From positions 1,568,001 to 1,632,000 of the forward strand of contig CAWAUV010000007.1 in NCBI GenBank assembly GCA_963785305.1: 64,000 nt of DNA, given 5' to 3'. The first letter of the stretch is position 1. Every line of letters starts with the position of its first letter. Of this stretch, positions 60,739 to 64,000 are shown piece by piece. This DNA is from an uncultured Planctomycetaceae bacterium (GTDB lineage Bacteria; Planctomycetota; Planctomycetia; Pirellulales; PALSA-1355). The notes below the pieces were generated by a model. The model was given only the letters and a program-made list of their open reading frames with translations. It was not told where the DNA came from and ran no database searches. A program made the position numbers and the translations under genes.

Positions 60739-61091
60739 TGACTCTCAACGAGATAGCTGACACGATACGACGATGGTTCGCCGTCGCAGAAATGGGCGGC
60801 CTTGTACTACCAAACGGTTGGTTTGGACGGCCATACGATAGTTTCTATCCTTTGGTGAAAATCGAAATAGTGGGTGGTGCAGTAGTCGTGGCATTAGCAG
60901 ACGAGCGTCGTCTTGTATTTGATGATCCGAAGAATGCTATGCTCGATAATTCTGCACTCGTTATTGGTGGATTTAGGGATGTCGAATTTACATGGCGTGA
61001 AATTGGTGGGACACAGTGTCAAGTTGAGCACTACGATCATGGAGCAGTACGATTCGTTCCACCCGTAGGCACCACAGTTCCTTCGCTTTGA
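60738..61091 (+). CDS. Cognate immunity protein
   Basis: TAATG-coupled to the toxin stop; low GC; GGLVLPNGWFGRPYD. Confidence 0.78.
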   Translation: MTLNEIADTIRRWFAVAEMGGLVLPNGWFGRPYDSFYPLVKIEIVGGAVVVALADERRLVFDDPKNAMLDNSALVIGGFRDVEFTWREIGGTQCQVEHYDHGAVRFVPPVGTTVPSL

Positions 61092-61233
61092 TCGACTTGT
61101 TTTGCTCTTGCTACGCAAACGATTGCAGTAATGACGACAACAGAAATAGCAGGCATCGTGCGCCGCTGGTTCGATCAGGCTGGACAAGCCGATGAACAAT
61201 CCAAAGGGGTCAGAACAATCCAAAGGGGTCAGG

Positions 61234-61881
61234 GTGCGCCGGCGCGAAGCCGGAGGAGAGTAGCGAATGAAAGAGTCGCACGAGGCAAGGCCTAGCCAGC
61301 CACCTCGGCCTCGAGTGATGCGTCGTGTCGGGCAACTGGCAGGGCGAAGCGTTCACAGAGGCACGGCCGGGCGGTGTATCGAGCTCCGAAAACATTCTTT
61401 TGTGGCGGCCGACCTTGTCCTGACCCCGTCGCTCGATACATGCGCGAAGGCAACAGTGATGTCGAACGATCATGGCGAGTCCGACGTCTCCCCCACGGAG
61501 TCCGGGACCACCCGCACGGCCGGAAACTTTTCTCGCGGAAGCCGGGAGATCCCGGGAACATCCGCTTCGCCTGAAGCGGATCGGTCGGAGAAGGCGCGAG
61601 GCCACAAGTCCGACATGCACGTTCCCGGGGAGTCAGACAGTTCCATAGTACCAAAGAAGCAGGCGAACAACGACAGCGTGCCGCTGTCGGCGGAGCCCGT
61701 GGAGGGAAGGGAGCTGACCGAGGAGAACGCCGAGCAGTCGCTACTGGACCGGACACACGCCGGGCTCCCAGGTCGCGCGGACTGCTGGGCGTGCGAGAAG
61801 CGGCACAACGCGACAAGAAGATGCGGTTCAACAATCTGCTGAACCATGTCACGCCCGAACTGCTGGTGGCGAGTTTCTTCG
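61234..61881 (+). mobile_element. Group II intron copy 3 (3'-truncated)
   Basis: Follows copy 2 to GAGTTTCTTCG, then joins the target-site 20-mer of copy 4. Confidence 0.9.
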
Positions 61882-61901
61882 AACAATCCAAAGGGGTCAG
61901 G

Positions 61902-63836
61902 GTGCGCGGCGCGAAGCCGGAGGAGAGTCGCGAATGAAAGAGTCGCACGAGGGAAGGCCTAGCCAGCCACCTCGGCCTCGAGTGATGCGTCGTGTCGGGC
62001 AACTGGCAGGGCGAAGCGTTCACAGAGGCACGGCCGGGCGGTGTATCGAGCTCCGAAAACATTCTTTTGTGGCGGCCGACCTTGTCCTGACCCCGTCGCT
62101 CGATTCATGCGGGAAGGCAACAGTGATGTCGAACGATCATGGCGAGTCCGACGTCTCCCCCACGGAGTCCGGGACCACCCGCACGGCCGGAAACTTTTCT
62201 CGCGGAAGCCGGGAGATCCCGGGAACATCCGCTTCGCTTGAAGCGGATCGGTCGGAGAAGGCGCGAGGCCACAAGTCCGACATGCACGTTCCCGGGGAGT
62301 CAGACAGTTCCATAGTACCAAAGAAGCAGGCGAACAACGACAGCGTGCCGCTGTCGGCGGAGCCCGTGGAGGGAAGGGAGCTGACCGAGGAGAACGCCGA
62401 GCAGTCGCTACTGGACCGGACACAGCGCCGGGCTCCCAGGTCGCGCGGACTGCTGGGCGTGCGAGAAGCGGCACAACGCGACAAGAAGATGCGGTTCAAC
62501 AATCTGCTGAACCATGTCACGCCCGAACTGCTGGTGGCGAGTTTCTTCGACCTGAAGAAGCAAGCCGCGCCCGGCGTCGATGGCCTGACATGGGCTCAAT
62601 ACGCCACCGATTTCGAAACGCGGATCGACGATCCGCACAGTCGAATCCATCGGGGAGCCTATCGAGCCAGGCCGTCCAAGCGAACTTGGATTCCCAAGCT
62701 CGACGGCAAGCCGCGGCCCCTCGGGATCGCGGCGCTGGAGGACAAGATCGTCCAGCAAGCCGTACGGACGATCCTGGAGTGCATCTACGAAGAGGACTTT
62801 CTGGGTTTCAGTTACGGCTTTCGTCCTGGACGAAGCTGTCACCGAGCCTTGGACGCGCTCTACGTGGGCATCAAGAAGCGGAAAGTGAACTGGATTTTGG
62901 ATGCGGACATCCGCGGCTTCTTCGACAACATCGACCACGCATGGTTGATGAAGTTCCTGGAGCATCGGATCGCCGACCGACGACTGCTTCGGCTGCTGAA
63001 GAAATGGCTTCGAGCCGGAGTGTCGGAAGATGGCGAATGGTCCCCGAGCACCGTGGGAACACCTCAAGGAGCGGTGATTTCGCCGCTCTATTCGAACGTG
63101 TTCTTGCACTATGTTCTGGACCTGTGGCTGGTGGCGTGGCGGAAACGCCATGCCGTGGGCGAGGTCATCATCGTGCGCTATGCGGATGATTTCGTAGTCG
63201 GATTCCGCGAGGAGTCCGACGCGCGACGCTGCCTGGCGGCGCTCCGGGAACGCTTCACCAAATTCGGTTTGGAACTGCACCCGGAGAAGACGCGGCTGAT
63301 CGAGTTCGGACGCTATGCGGCCGAACGACGATCGAAGCGTGGCGATGGCCCACCGGAGACATTCGACTTCCTGGGCTTCACCCACATCAGTGGCGTGACC
63401 CGGAAGGGCGAATTCACCATTCGCCGCATCTCATCGGCCAAGAAGTTTCGTGGCAAACTGCGCGAACTGAAAGAAGCGCTACGCGGGAAAATGCACATGG
63501 ACTTGGCGCAAGTCGGGCCATGGCTATCGAGCGTTTACCGGGGATGGCTCAATTACCATGCGATTCCCGGCAACTCGGTGCGATTGCAACAATTCCGCAC
63601 GGCGCTCCAGAAACTCTGGCTCCGCATGCTGCGGCGACGCAGCCAACGCGGACGCCGGATGACCTGGCGGAAGTTCTCGCAGCTTTGCAAACGATGGCTT
63701 CCCACCCCGAAAATCCTGCATCCTTATCCCGAAGTGCGGTTTGATCGTTTGTATCCAAGGTAGGAGCCGTATGCGGTAGTTCCGCACGTACGGATCTGTG
63801 CGGGGGGTGGCCCGAAAGGGCCATCCCTACCGCGAT
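61902..63836 (+). mobile_element. ltrA: Group II intron copy 4 (RT ORF intact, stop at 63763)
   Basis: GTGCG start, full RT ORF, domains V/VI, ends CCGCGAT. Confidence 0.95.
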
Positions 63837-64000
63837 ACTCATTGTTTGGCGGATGGTCGAGAGCCGTAACGGAAAAATGGACTTGCGGGCGACCGGGAGG
63901 CCGCGGGGTCGAGTTCAGCCGCGGGCGATTTGCCGTTGCTACGGTCCAAGTGGGCTCGCCGAAAGGAGAACCCTCGCCGCGCGGGGCGCCATCGCGAGCT

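Noticed and set aside
61195..61233. Tandem short repeats as a CRISPR array
   Set aside because: Only two abutting copies, no spacers and no cas genes.
49035..63836. RTs as a diversity-generating retroelement or retron driving toxin variation
   Set aside because: The RTs lie within complete group II intron ends with domains V/VI, and I saw no template/variable repeat pair with adenine-specific mismatches.
1..64000. rRNA or tRNA genes
   Set aside because: None recognised by eye; a covariance-model scan was not possible.

Overview
GC-rich bacterial DNA, most likely Planctomycetota (Planc_extracel-type RR..LExLExRxL N-terminus, planctomycete-type hypotheticals; inference). 1-9.4 kb is core genome: TPR protein, mnmE, coaX, obgE, rpmA. 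From about 9.8 kb on it is an accessory conflict island with four parts. (i) A glycosyltransferase locus in which a GT2/ppGalNAc-T-like enzyme carries a swappable C-terminal domain, followed by a secreted partner gene and orphan tip/partner cassettes, one preceded by a ~430-bp copy of the GT trunk. This is polymorphic-toxin architecture on a glycosyltransferase and the best candidate for an undescribed system. (ii) An IS66 and a truncated DUF2924/serine-recombinase element. (iii) A ~5,900-codon Ig-repeat/RHS toxin gene, interrupted by a 187-bp MITE. (iv) An array of orphan RHS toxin-immunity cassettes (TNT, two transglutaminase-like tips, an HNH-like tip, an ART-like tip) invaded by four copies of one group II intron and an IS1380. 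Every intron copy sits behind the same 19-20-bp site, which also marks truncation breakpoints. Many single-base frameshifts, including in housekeeping genes, are probably assembly errors. Family names are from motif recognition by eye; no searches were run.
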